Positions 49,889 through 61,170 of a stretch of DNA of 64,000 nt are shown piece by piece. Each line of letters opens with the position of its first letter. The first letter of the stretch is position 1. The position numbers were made by a program, and so were the translations under genes. The DNA comes from Felis catus (Eukaryota), in the NCBI RefSeq assembly GCF_018350175.1, contig NC_058383.1, positions 8,496,001 to 8,560,000 on the forward strand, given 5' to 3'. Below the pieces are notes generated by a model that was given only the letters and a program-made list of their open reading frames with translations, did no database searches and was not told the origin of the DNA.

Positions 49889-50060
49889 GGGGCGCCTGGG
49901 TGGCTCACGTGGTTGAGCCTCCAACTCTTGATTTGGGCTCAGGTCACGATCTCACAGTCGTGGGACTGAGCCCCACGTCAGGCTCCACGCTCAGATTGCT
50001 TAAGATTCTCTCTCTCTCTCTGCCCGTCTCCTCTGTTTGCACTTTCTCTCTTAAAAAAAA
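49889..50060 (+). mobile_element. CAN-SINE
   Basis: Head ggggcgcctgggtggctca. Confidence 0.9.
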
Positions 50061-50184
50061 CAATTAGTTTATTCATCCCACATTTCAAACCATAATACTT
50101 TCTCCCTATATATTGGCATCATTTGTATACAGATTATTCGGTAATAAGGAAACACCAGGAGTGCTGGATTGCACCAGGTCGACT

Positions 50185-50281
50185 CAGCACAGAGCCCGAC
50201 TCGGGCTCAAACTCACGAACCGCGAGATCACGACCGGAGCCCAAGTCAGCATCTTAACCAACTGAGCCACCCAGGCGCCCC
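50185..50281 (-). mobile_element. Partial CAN-SINE (5' half only)
   Basis: Reverse-complement head 'actgagccacccaggcgcccc'; no tail. Confidence 0.88.
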
Positions 50282-50500
50282 TGATTCCCTGGCTCTTTGA
50301 CTTTTCTGTCACATTTCCGATGGTTCAAGTAGTTTCTTCGCCCTCTGTCTTTGGGAGGTTGGGATGCCTCCGTTCATCCTCTGACTCCTTGGACCCTTCC
50401 GTGCTGGGCCTGCAGCTGGGCTCTGGGCACGTAAATGAACCACTCATCACATCACAGCTGGGAAGCTCCTAGCACCCAGGGCAAGACAGGTATAGACAAT

Positions 50501-50546
50501 TCTTTTTTTTTTTTTAAGTTTATTTATTTTGAGAGAGAGAGAGTGC

Positions 50547-50583
<37 letters not shown>

Positions 50584-50698
50584 CCCAAGCAGGCTCCGCA
50601 CCACCCCGACTCGGGGCTCGAACCCACAAACTGTGAGATCGTGACCTGAGCTGAAATCAAGAGTCGAACGCTTGAGCGACTAAGCCGTCCAGACGCCC
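50501..50698 (-). mobile_element. CAN-SINE
   Basis: T tail, (GA)n, reverse-complement head. Confidence 0.92.
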
Positions 50699-50749
50699 AC
50701 AGACGTAGACGGTTCTAAACTGCTTTTCTCTGCAACCTTTCTTGAAACC

Positions 50750-51350
50750 AGTTGTGGGGGGGTTTCACCCCACACCAACCGATCCTCTGACTTCGGCCTC
50801 CTACGATTCAGTTCAATTCTGATACTAACTCCCTGGAGTTACCAACCCGGCTCAAGGGCTCTGTCCCTCAAGACTGCCCCCCACTTCAGACGTCAGGCGC
50901 AAGTATTAGGCGCCCAAAGTGCCCACGCTTCTGTCTGACGTGGCTGCAAAGTCACAGGTTACTATGACCCCCTCCTTAGACTTGGCAATTTGTTAGAACG
51001 GCTCACAGAACTCAGGGAAACACTGTTACCAGTTTACTCTAAACAATATTACAAAGGGTACAAACGAACAGCCAAATGAAGAGACACATAGGGCGAGGGG
51101 GTATGGGGTGGGGGGAGGGGTGGAGCTTCTACACCCCCTCCAGGTGCGCCACCCCCTAGCACCTGGTTATGGTCACCAACCTAGAAGCACCCTGAACGCG
51201 GCCGTTTAGGAGAGTTTTCTGGAGATTCTATTATCCCAGGCATGATTGGTTAAGTCATTGGCCATTGGTGATTAATTCAATCCCCAGCCCCTCTCCCTTC
51301 CCAGGTCGGGGGGTGGGGGGAATGAAAGTCCCAACCAACCTGATTCTGGC
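50750..51350 (-). mobile_element. MER21-like LTR
   Basis: 'ttcagttcaattctgatactaactccctggagtt', 'caagactgccccccacttcagacgtca', 'gctcacagaactcagggaaacact'. Confidence 0.75.
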
Positions 51351-52229
51351 CCGCAGAGCTCCCGCAAATGGGTGTGCGCGGCAGGTGAGGACGGGGTCTT
51401 CCTCGGGACCTCTGGCCACCTTTGCGGGGAGGCAGGCTGTCAACTGGCACCAGTACAGAGTACCCCCGGCCCCCCAGCCCCCAAGCTTTGTTGGCTCCGT
51501 GATGGGGACATATAACAAGGACGGCCCGGGCCCCAGCTGGGACACACGGCGGCAGGGTCTCCGGCCTGTCTGCGCCTAGGCCACCTGCCTGAGCCCAGAT
51601 CCTACGCACCCAAGTGTGAGAAAAGGAGGGTGCCATTCCCCGGGGAGCCACACCCCCTAGTCCCGCATTTCGGGGCCGCGATGTTGAGCTCAGCGATCCC
51701 GATGGCCGCCTCGGAATGGCGAAGACGGCTCGGTTGTGACCTTGGGCGCCGGCCAGTGGCCTCGCCAGGGAGAGTGTTCCTTGTGGGGCCAGGCTCACCT
51801 CCACTCGAGTCAATCCACAGGGAGGGAGGAAAGCAAACCCAGCGTCTGGATTCTGCGGGCGGTTGGGTTCCTCATCCACTTCCTTCTCCATTTACTGTGC
51901 TCCTAGCCTGCTCCTCCCCTCCGTCCTCCCCACACTGCCTGGGGATCCTCACCTTCCTTTCCTAGGCTCCTCTGCCTCCAGCCTCTGCCCCTCCCGTCCG
52001 TACGCCAAACTGCTGCCTGGGCAGTGGTCCGTCATGCAATTTGCTCTCATTCTCTCCCATCTCAGTCCTTCAATGACTCCCCACTGCCTACAGGGAGATG
52101 TCCAAACTCATCAGCCCAGCGTCTGGGACCTCTCAACATTCTGAAAAACTTTCCTTGTCTCTGCTCCCATTTATACCCCACCCCCTACCCACCAGCCTCT
52201 CGACGTTTCACGTTTCGGCATCGCCCGTG

Positions 52230-52420
52230 TAGGGTGGGATAGTAGCGAGGACCTTGGCTCTGGAGTCCAGCCGCGGGGCTGCGGATCCTGGCAATGTCAA
52301 GTACAAGTCTTTCGGTGCGTGAATTTGAGCAAGTTGCTGAACTTCACTCCACCTTGACGGCCATACCTGAAAAGTGAGGATAATAACGATTCCTACCTCA
52401 TGGGGTTGCAGCAAGGGCAC
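52230..52420 (+). mobile_element. MIR
   Basis: 'ggctctggagtccagcc...gagcaagttgctgaacttc...gaggataataacgattcctacctcatggggttg'. Confidence 0.7.
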
Positions 52421-52524
52421 AAATATCTAACAAATATCCACTATTTGCTAGTTTCCACCCACATGCCTTCCAGGATGCTCACTTTGTGAACTCCTATTCA
52501 TCCTTCAAAACAAAACGCAGCTTC

Positions 52525-52762
52525 GGGGCGCCTGGGTGGCTCCGTCGGTTGAGCGTCCGACTTCGGCTCAGGTCATGATCTCACGGTTCGTGAGTTCGAG
52601 CCCCACCTCGGGCTCTGTACTGACAGCTCGGAGCCTGGAGCCCGCTTCGGATTCTGTGTCTCCCTTTCTCTCTGCCCCTCCTCTGCTCGCACTCTGTCTG
52701 TCTGTCTCTCTCTCTCCAAAAAATAAATAAACGTTAAAAAAAAGTAAAAGAAAATAAAAAAA
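52525..52762 (+). mobile_element. CAN-SINE
   Basis: Full head, body and tail. Confidence 0.95.
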
Positions 52763-53074
52763 ACCAAATGTAGTTTCAAAGTCCAGCTGTGACCCCTCTA
52801 GGACAGATACTCCCTCTTCTGTGTTTCGAGCACCTCTTGGGCTCCCCTGCATCCCAGCAAATGTCACAGTGAGCCCTGGGTCTCTGCTTATCTGCCTCCC
52901 CAACTAACTGGGTCGTATTTACCCTTCCCCAGAGCCCACAGGGCCAGTTTGATGAAGAAATGAATAAAATTTCTGAAATGGCGAAGGGAAGAGATTTTCA
53001 CCCGGTGTCGTCTTTGAGAATAAACACTAAAGACCACATTATAAAGGAAAAGCCTGAACTCTATCTATGAAGTG

Positions 53075-53541
53075 TTTTGTTTTTTTTTTTAATGTCTTTT
53101 TAAAAAAGTTTTTATTGGGGCGCCTGGGTGGCTCAGTCGGTTAAGCGGCTGACTTCGGCTCAGGTCATGATCTCGTGGTCCGTGAGTTCGAGCCCCGCAT
53201 CGGGCTCTGTGCTGACAGCTCAGAGCCTGGAGCCTGTTTCAGATTCTGTGTCTCCCTCTCTCTGACCCTCCCCCGTTCATGCTCTGTTTCTCTCTGTCTC
53301 AAAAATAAACAAAAAACGTTAAAAAAAAATTTTAATAAAAAAAAGTTTTTATTTATTTTGAGAGAGAGAGAGAGAATGAGCTCAGGAGGGTCAGAGAGAG
53401 AGGGAGAGAGAGAATCCCAAGCAGGCTCTGCACTGTCAGGGCAGAACCCGGTGCAGGGCTCAAACTCATGAACCATGAGGATATGACCTGAGCTGAAACC
53501 AAGAGTCAGACACTTAATCAACTGAGCCACTCAGGTGCCCC
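53075..53541 (-). mobile_element. Older CAN-SINE with tail split by a nested SINE
   Basis: Reverse-complement body 53345-53541; T tail on both sides of the insert. Confidence 0.88.
53117..53338 (+). mobile_element. CAN-SINE, nested
   Basis: Perfect 15-bp TSD aaaaaagtttttatt. Confidence 0.96.
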
Positions 53542-53896
53542 TGTGCAGTCTTTATTAAAGCCATAAAAGACTGGTCATGTTTCCCCTTTCAAAAAGAAAA
53601 AATGTGAATAAAAATAAAAATAAAAATAAAAGGTTGGGAAACATACATACCAGAGAGATAATAAAATAGAAAAAACCCTTTTTTTGTTTAATTAGGCATT
53701 ACGACCAGGTATCTATGGAAACAGATGAATATTCACATTCCAGGTAGACAAGCATCTATTCATTTAACGATGCGTAAACAACAGGAAAGTTGGGGCCTCA
53801 GAAATTAACACTGGTCCCTTCAGTAAGTGTTTCTTGACCGTGAAGGATATGATAAGAAAACAAGATTCAATCCCTGCCTTCAAAGGCACCATAGGT

Positions 53897-54100
53897 TGGT
53901 GGCTCAGTCAGTTAAGCGTCCGACTTCGGTTCAGGTCATGGTCTCACAGTTCTTGAGTTCGAGCCCCGGGTCGGGCTCTGGGCTGACAGCTCAGAGCCTG
54001 GAGCCTGCTTCGGATTCTGTGTCTCCTCTCTCTCCCCCTCTCTTGGTCTCTCTTTCTCTCTCTCTCTCTCAAAAATAAATAAACACTGAAAAAAAAAATT
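53897..54100 (+). mobile_element. CAN-SINE (slightly 5'-truncated)
   Basis: 15-bp TSD aaaggcacc(a/g)taggt. Confidence 0.95.
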
Positions 54101-54279
54101 AAAGGCACCGTAGGTCAACAGTCAAATCCAGCCCACCTTGTTCTGATGGGAAAGCGCATGGGGTCAAGGGAGGGTATACCACTCCCTTGGTTGGCACACG
54201 AGTGGGAAAGACCTATGTAAGAGCAAAGGCCTTGAGAACGTTGGCTGCAGATGATGGATATCAACAGCAAAAGGGAACT

Positions 54280-54435
54280 TTGGGGGGGTTATAGAAAGTT
54301 CTAGAACTCAGAGGGAGAAAGTTCTAGAACCTGATGGGGGTGATGGTTACATGAGTGTGTACAAGTAGCAAAATGAACTTAAAATGGGTACATTTTATTG
54401 TATGAAACGTACACCTTAAAAAAAAAAAAAAAAAG
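54280..54435 (+). mobile_element. L1M 3' terminal fragment with A tail
   Basis: 'gatgggggtgatggttacatgagtgtgtac...cttaaaatgggtacattttattgtatgaaacgtacacctt' plus poly(A). Confidence 0.7.
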
Positions 54436-54607
54436 CCCAGGAGAAGAAGAGAATGATGGTAGTGTTTGTCGGTGCCCCGGGGAATATAGGATAAGGGGCA
54501 GGGGAGGGTGTGGAAGGGAAGACTCTGAACCCTGTCTTTGATATGTTGCATTTCAAATGTCTGTGGTTTTCTACTCAAAGAGGGGTCCCTATACCTGCAG
54601 CTTGAGT

Positions 54608-55326
54608 GACAGATTCTCTCCTGGACCAAAGTTTATTCGGAGTCTCCTAACTCTTTTTCAACTAGGCCCTCACTTTTAGCCTGCCATGTTTGTTTCTGCA
54701 TTGTCCAATTTTGTTAATGCTTTATTTATTTTTGAGAGAGAGCGAGGGAGAGAATGAGTGGCAAAGGGGCAGAGACAGAAGGAGACACGGAATCCGGAGC
54801 AGGCTCCGGCCTCCGAGCTGTCAGCACAGAGCCCGACGCGGGGCTCGAACTCACGAACCGCGAGATCACGACCCGAGCCGAAGTTGAACGCTGAACTGAC
54901 TGAGCCATCTGGGCGCTGTTCAATTCTAACAAGAATCCTGCTGAGTCAGTTTAACCAGAATCCCCCATTCTCCATATCTGATCACCCTCGGTATCTGACT
55001 AAATTCCTCACCCCCTTCCGCCCTCCCCCGGGATGGTGACACCCTGGCCTGCCTTTGGCAAGAATCCTGTTAGGGTCAGTTTAGCCACAATCCCCCTTAC
55101 CCCTGGTGCTTCCCGTGAGTAATTTTCTATCACAAACCCCACCCTGCTTCTTGGCTCTGGGTCCCCACTTCTCATTGTCATCGGAGGTGACCCAAACCTC
55201 CCTCCCCGACTGCAAGACCCCATTGCGGTGGTCCCAAGACCTAGCGTGACAGTCCATTGCCTCCCCTTGAATAAAGCCTTGCTTACCAGCTTTAACAAGT
55301 GTCATTGGATAATGTTTTCTTAAACA
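54608..55326 (+). mobile_element. MER31-like solo LTR, interrupted by a SINE
   Basis: TG...CA ends, duplicated 'aagaatcctg...gtcagttta.cca.aatccccc' unit, AATAAA near the 3' end. Confidence 0.75.
54711..54917 (-). mobile_element. CAN-SINE inside the LTR
   Basis: Reverse-complement SINEC; degenerate TSD tgt(c/t)caatt. Confidence 0.92.
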
Positions 55327-56509
55327 CTGGGAGCTAGAGATGCGGGGGTCTCTGGTGTCAGATCGCCAGTGCCCCGACCTACTGCACCAGGGCGCTGATG
55401 TTAACGAGTTCCCCTGCCCATGAGTCCTGCGCACGTTAGGTTTGAAAAGCACCGATTTAAGGGGCCTGGAATGGCTCCTTGCAGTAAAAGGCACACAGTT
55501 GTGACAACTTAAGGCTGCAGAAAGGCAAAGGGACGGACAGAGTGGCAGGCCGATGCGGGGCACCCCGGCCATCAGACGGCAGCCTGGTCCAAAGGGCGAA
55601 AGGAGAGTAAGAAGTCCAGGGGCCCCGATTTGGGTCCCGGGTCATTCTCCTAGTGAAAACCAACCAGGCCACAGGATCATCAAATTCACCAAGGGCTCTC
55701 CACATGCACGGTCTTACTTGAGTCTGGCTTAAACCTACAGGTGGAGCCCAGCAAGTTCAGAATGAGCTGTTTCTCAGCTTTCTAGAAGAAGAAGCTTCAG
55801 CTCAGAGAGCAGGGGACTTCCCCCTAAAAGCCCCATCCAGGTGGCCTGACACTTGGCCGCCAAAGGCCCCCTCGTTAGAGCTGAGAGGCTGGGCTCGGGG
55901 GGTCTTCTCTGGCAACTTACGAGAACACCCCGGGAGGAGGTGGCCGGCCCCCAAGGAGAGGGCCTCCTTGGAATAAGTCCTTGCTTGCCCTGGTGCCTCG
56001 CTACGGGCTGGCTGGTTTTCAAGGACTATCAGGCCAGCTCCCCGCAACGCCCACCCAGACCGAGAGGTCTCTCGGGTAACAAGCCCGATCTGAGCAAACT
56101 GCACAGATAGCTGTGCCTGTCACCTGGACGGGTAGAGTTTTACCTGGCCACCAGTGCCCGCAGCAACTGAAACCGGGCAGACCGAGGGGCTTAGAGTCTA
56201 AGGGGCCACAGGGCATCTCTCTGCCACTGCTAAGCCCCTTCTGTGTGGGCCGTCTCCCAACTCTCCACTCCACCCTTATCCCCACACCGTGGGCCCGTTT
56301 TCTGGTTGCCAGATTTCAAGGTCACCCATGTTAGAACCCAACCCTTGGAGCTCAGGCCGATCCTTCGTTATGCAGAGAGAGAAATAGAGCCCAGGGAGGG
56401 AAAAAATGTTATCTGTGTCACATAGCAAGCCGGGGGCAGGGCCAGCTCAACATCGATCGAAGCTTGCCCTTTTCGGGGCTTTGGTCTGCTTGTGTGCCCC
56501 AACCTGGGC

Positions 56510-56880
56510 AAAGCCAGAGCCTTGCCCTGCCTCAGGGCCCTTGCACCTGCTGTCCCTCTGTCTGGGAGACTCGTCCTCTCAACATCCCCAGGGCTTATCT
56601 TCTTAGGACAAGCAGGTCTCTGCTTACCAGTCAGCTCTTCAGAGGCCCTCCCCGCACACCCCGTTTGTAAAGCAGCACCCCTCAGTTCTTCACAGCTCTG
56701 AACATCCCCAGATATTCTGTTCTTTATTAATTGTTTTCTTTTGTTTACTCCCTGTCTTCCCGGGCCTGAATATAAGAGCCAGAGTGGCGGGGACTCTGTT
56801 TTGTTAATTACTGCATCCCCAGTGCCCAGACAGTCCTTGGCATTTAAGAGGTGCCCGTGAAATGAATGGATTGGACCGAT
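56510..56880 (+). mobile_element. L2 3' fragment
   Basis: 'cctgcctcagggcccttgcacctgctgtccctctgtctggga...catccccagtgcccagacagt...gaaatgaatgga'. Confidence 0.7.
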
Positions 56881-59059
56881 GCTATCAGGGTCTCGGGGCA
56901 GTGAGGAAATTTCTCACTGGACGCCTGTGAGCACATCCTGATTTCCACCGTCCAGCCCCTGGCGTGGTTGGCCTTATGCCACTCTGCTGGGCGGGGGTTG
57001 CATGAGGAAGATGGGGGCTTCCTCTTCATCTAGCCCTTCCCTGGCCAATCCTTCCCTTCCTCACGCCGCCCTCGCCCCCAGCACTACCGCCATCCATCCC
57101 CTGGGCCCTTTCCCTCCTCTGAGAATGGTCTCTCCCGTCCCCCCACCCCGGCCCCCCCCCCGCCCCCCGGAAATGGCAGACAGTTTGTGATTCTGTCTCG
57201 CAGCCTAGTTCAGCCTCATGCCCACCTGTGGAGGCGGACACAATTACGCTCAGAATCCAAGACCCAGAAAGGTTAAGCAACTTCCCTGAGGCCACACAGC
57301 TAGTAAAGGAGCTCAGCGGAGACTCAAAACCTAACTCTCCTGAACCTGAGCTCTGCGGTCTGTCCTCCGGGGTCCGGCAGGGACGGAAAAACTGCCAACA
57401 CTGCATCGCCACCGGGGTGAGAGACAGGGGAGCGCCTAGCAAGGAGTTGGCGCTCCGTGAGGACCTGAGAACCCAGACAGGGCTCTGCTGCTGGAGTCTG
57501 TTGTCTTGGAATGTTGTCTGACAGGTCAGGCAACACTTTTCCGTCCTTTCTTTTAGAACACCCACCAGGAGCATGAGGGACCCAGGGAAGTACTTACTGG
57601 GCAGGAGGCTGGGAGCTCACACCGGGAGGGCTGCTGTCCTGGGCCCTTCGGGGCCGCCCGGCTGACAGTGTCAGACAACTGATTACCCCGTCACATTTCC
57701 CAGCAGCTCCCGTGGGGAAAAATGCTCTTCCTTACATTGAACTGAAACCCTGCTTCCTGGAAGCTCTGCCTGTGGGCCCTTTGTGACCTCAAAGAACCAT
57801 CTTTCTTTCAGGGGAGGGAGGGTCTCCGGCCCCACCAAGTTTTCCCCCCAGGAAAATGATTGTGGGCTCCCTTACCGTTCCACACACGACAGAGCTCCCT
57901 CATCGGCCTGCTTCTTCTTTCAAAGCACTCAGTTCTGGAGAACAGAACGGTCACCTCCCTTTTTATGGGATACTAGGCCTCTAGTAATGCAGCCCAAATT
58001 CCCATTTGCGCTTCAGGTGGCCATCTCCTAAACCATGAAAGGTGTGAGCTGAATTTGAGGAACGACAGGATCGTAATCCAGTATCCAACACAGTGGTGCC
58101 TGGAAGTCACCCTCAAATGTACACAGAAAATAGAGAGTGTGGTATGGCCAAAGCTGTGGAGTCAAAAACAATCATGGCCTGTTTGGAGACAAAATGGGTC
58201 TGGCTGAGCCAAGGGGTCATGATGGGAGACCCGGGCTGAACTGGGGAGTTGGGACAGCTCATGTAAAGCCTTGAATGACAGGTTCAGAGCTTTGGATTCC
58301 TTGCAGGCCTAGAGACATGACTGAAGGTTTGTGAGCTGGCCCTTGATTCAGAAAGTTTAGGGGGTGGACCGGGGATGGGGAGGGGAGGAAGGGAACCCAC
58401 ACTGGTTGGCCACCCTGCCATCCGAGTGGGAGGTGAGAAAGTACAGAACGTCACCCAGAGAAGGTAATAAATGATGATCTGCATCTCCCCTCATCCGTGG
58501 GTGAGAAAGCAGGGCCCAGAGAGGGAAAGTGATTTGGCCAAGGTCACACAGCTATCAAGGAACAGAGCCTGGGCCAGACTTGATTTTGTTGTTGTTGTTT
58601 CACTTCCAACAAGATGTCCTTCTATTACACCAAGTCCTCTCAGGGGGCGACTCGGATCTCGGTACCCGGCAGGTGTTGAAAAATAAACGCGGGCTCGGTG
58701 TGATGTGTCACCTGGCTTGGGTTGGTGGTGAAAAGGAGGCATTACGGAACGAGCAGCGATGAGAAGTGCTCGGGACAGGGTTCCACTCGTCCGATACAGG
58801 GTGAGCTCATTTCAGAGATTCTCTTTCAAGGATCAACCTGCTGGGAACCCCTACAGATCCGAATGACTTCAGAGACCTCCCTGGTCCCCAAGGCCAGGGT
58901 GTGGGCACACAAGGGACATCCGCCTGACCTCTTCCGGAGGCAGGCACCACACAAATCCCTGGAGTACCTGCAGAGGGACGCCCCAGGACGCCCGCGATCC
59001 TCCCTCCAACGGTGGGGGACCCAGCTCGGGAGAACGGACTTCTCAGCCCCCTGCCAGCT

Positions 59060-59260
59060 AGACCCAGTGGGCTCTCGGGGCGACTTGAGCTAATCGTTTA
59101 CCCTCTTTGTGTCTTGGCTTTCTCATCTGCGAAATGGGGATGATGATACTTACCTACCTCATCGCCGAGTTATGGGAATTAATTAATGTTTATAAAGGAC
59201 CTGGAGGTCCACAGATGAAAGGCGCTATAGAACTACAAAGTATCATTACTGTAATTACAT
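59060..59260 (+). mobile_element. MIR fragment
   Basis: 'cttggctttctcatctgcgaaatggggatgatgatacttacctacctcat'. Confidence 0.65.
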
Positions 59261-60985
59261 TACACTATTATATCTCAGGCCAAGGGTTTTCTGCAGCTGC
59301 ACTTATTACTGAGAATGGGCGATGGGGTGCAGATAAAACCCAATCTCCCCCAACCATCGCTCCAAACCCCAACCAAACTGCATCCAGATCTAAATTCCGG
59401 GAGATTCCATCAAGCTTGGAAAACATGACAAGCGTCTCCAGCCTCAGAACTGCCCCAGGGCCAGAGAGACAATGAGAAAGACTGTCTCCTGAGTCTCCTC
59501 CTGAGAGCAACCGTTTTTTTTGGAGGGGAGGGTGGTCTTAGGAGATCAAGGGATCTTCTGAATTCATACAGACACTGCTCCCCACTGCATAGACCCTGAG
59601 TCATCTGGCCATGCTCTCTCTTTCTGGGGCCCCTCTCTGGGTTAAACTGGGACCCCTTGTGGGATCCCTTCCCACAGTTTTCCTGGCCCCAAGTCAGACC
59701 CCACTTCCAGACCAAAAAAAAAAAAAAAAAAAAAAAAAAGGCGGCTGCCCACATTTATTGAACGTCCAGCAATTCCTGCATTCAGCCATCATCACCCATT
59801 TCTCAATTCCCCAGCCTGGCCAGGTAGGCGAAAGCTAGATCAGAAAGAAATATAATTACCTTTTTATGAGCTTATGACATGGTTGCACCCTCCCCGGCTG
59901 CCAGCTTGCCCAGTCACTCACAAATGATGATATACATACTATAAATTATATCATTATCGACCTATAATTACAGGCAACATATATACGAATCCCCCTGAAG
60001 GAACTGAGGCTCCGAGATTACGTCCCTTCGCCCCTCGATCCCCTGGGAAAAAGCCCTCTGCCAAGGAGGGGAGTTAACCTATTTCCAAATCTCAGGGACG
60101 CTCGGTTAAAACAACAGAGACGCCCCCTGCCATGTTCATGCACACACCCCCGGGCTTCCCCAGAACATATCAGCTCTCCCCACGGAAGGCACCAAGCCTG
60201 AGATGTTGGCGTGAACAAATCTGGACATGTGAGGGCAAACTCTCAGGGGGAGACTGAGAACAGAAGCGCCCTGGCACGGAGCTCCAGGGGGAAGGGCTGG
60301 TATCCAGACAGCAGGCGCAGACCCTGGGACACTCCAGCCGGGTGGCCGGGAGCCCTGTGGCTCCCCTCGGGCACCCTCGGTGGACACCCTCAAGGACACC
60401 TCTGCCTCCCAGGACTAGCCGAGCATTGGTGCCCTCAGAGACGTCCTCACTCCACTGGGGTGATTCCCAGAGCCTGGCAGCGGTCTGGTAACCCCTATAC
60501 CCCCGCACTGTTCTGTCCTGCAGAGTGGTGGCGGGGCGAGGGGTGGGGGCCTGGCCTGCCTGAGGCGGGCTGTGGACCCTTCCCGCCACTGGGCCGATGG
60601 CAGGGAGCTGTGAGTCACGGCCCAGCTCAGCTCCTCCCGGGGACCCCTGGGCGGGAGGGAGATGGGAAAAGCTGGGCCGCACCCCAGTTCTGCTCTGGGT
60701 CCCCGGGCCAGGCACCACCCCTCTCTTCCTTGCTTGCTTCCTTCTGTGGGCCTCCGGGGCCAGCCTCTGGGGAGAGTCACATAAAGGGCACAGGTCTGTC
60801 CTGAGGGAGCTCGGAGGGAGAGGTCCGTGGCCAAAGGAGGGCCTGTCGTGAAATACATGTGAAACACATGTGTCCAGGCAGAGTACCTGGACAGGGCAGG
60901 TGGGACAGGACCGGTCAGGGAAGGCAGAAGCTGGGCTTTAAGGGATCAGTAGAGAATTTCCAGGTGGGCATACAGGGGAGGGAGA

Positions 60986-61170
60986 TTTTTTTTTTTTTAA
61001 TATTTATTTATTTTGAGAGAGAGAGAGAGAGCATGAGCGGGGAATGGGCAGAGAGAGGAAGAGACTGAGAATCCGAAGCAGGCTCTGCGTTGATATCGGG
61101 GCTCGAACTCACAACCGGCGCAATCATGACCTGAGCCGAAACTGAGAGTCGGACGCTTAACCGAACCAGC
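60986..61170 (-). mobile_element. CAN-SINE (head decayed)
   Basis: T tail, GA-rich body, 'atcatgacctgagccgaaactgagagtcggacgcttaacc'. Confidence 0.9.

Noticed and set aside
48515..50160. DNA-transposase reading of the coding-like segment (FPDWLTCD zinc-finger-like; KYYGLK piggyBac-like; LAKIIE Tigger-like)
   Set aside because: The motifs are short, in different frames and mutually inconsistent, and I saw no terminal inverted repeats. Left unassigned pending BLASTX/Dfam.
21286..54932. Recurring similar ORFs (MAQSVERPTSAQV...; MRQRETEHERG...) that look like a small protein family
   Set aside because: They are translations of CAN-SINE copies on either strand, not genes.
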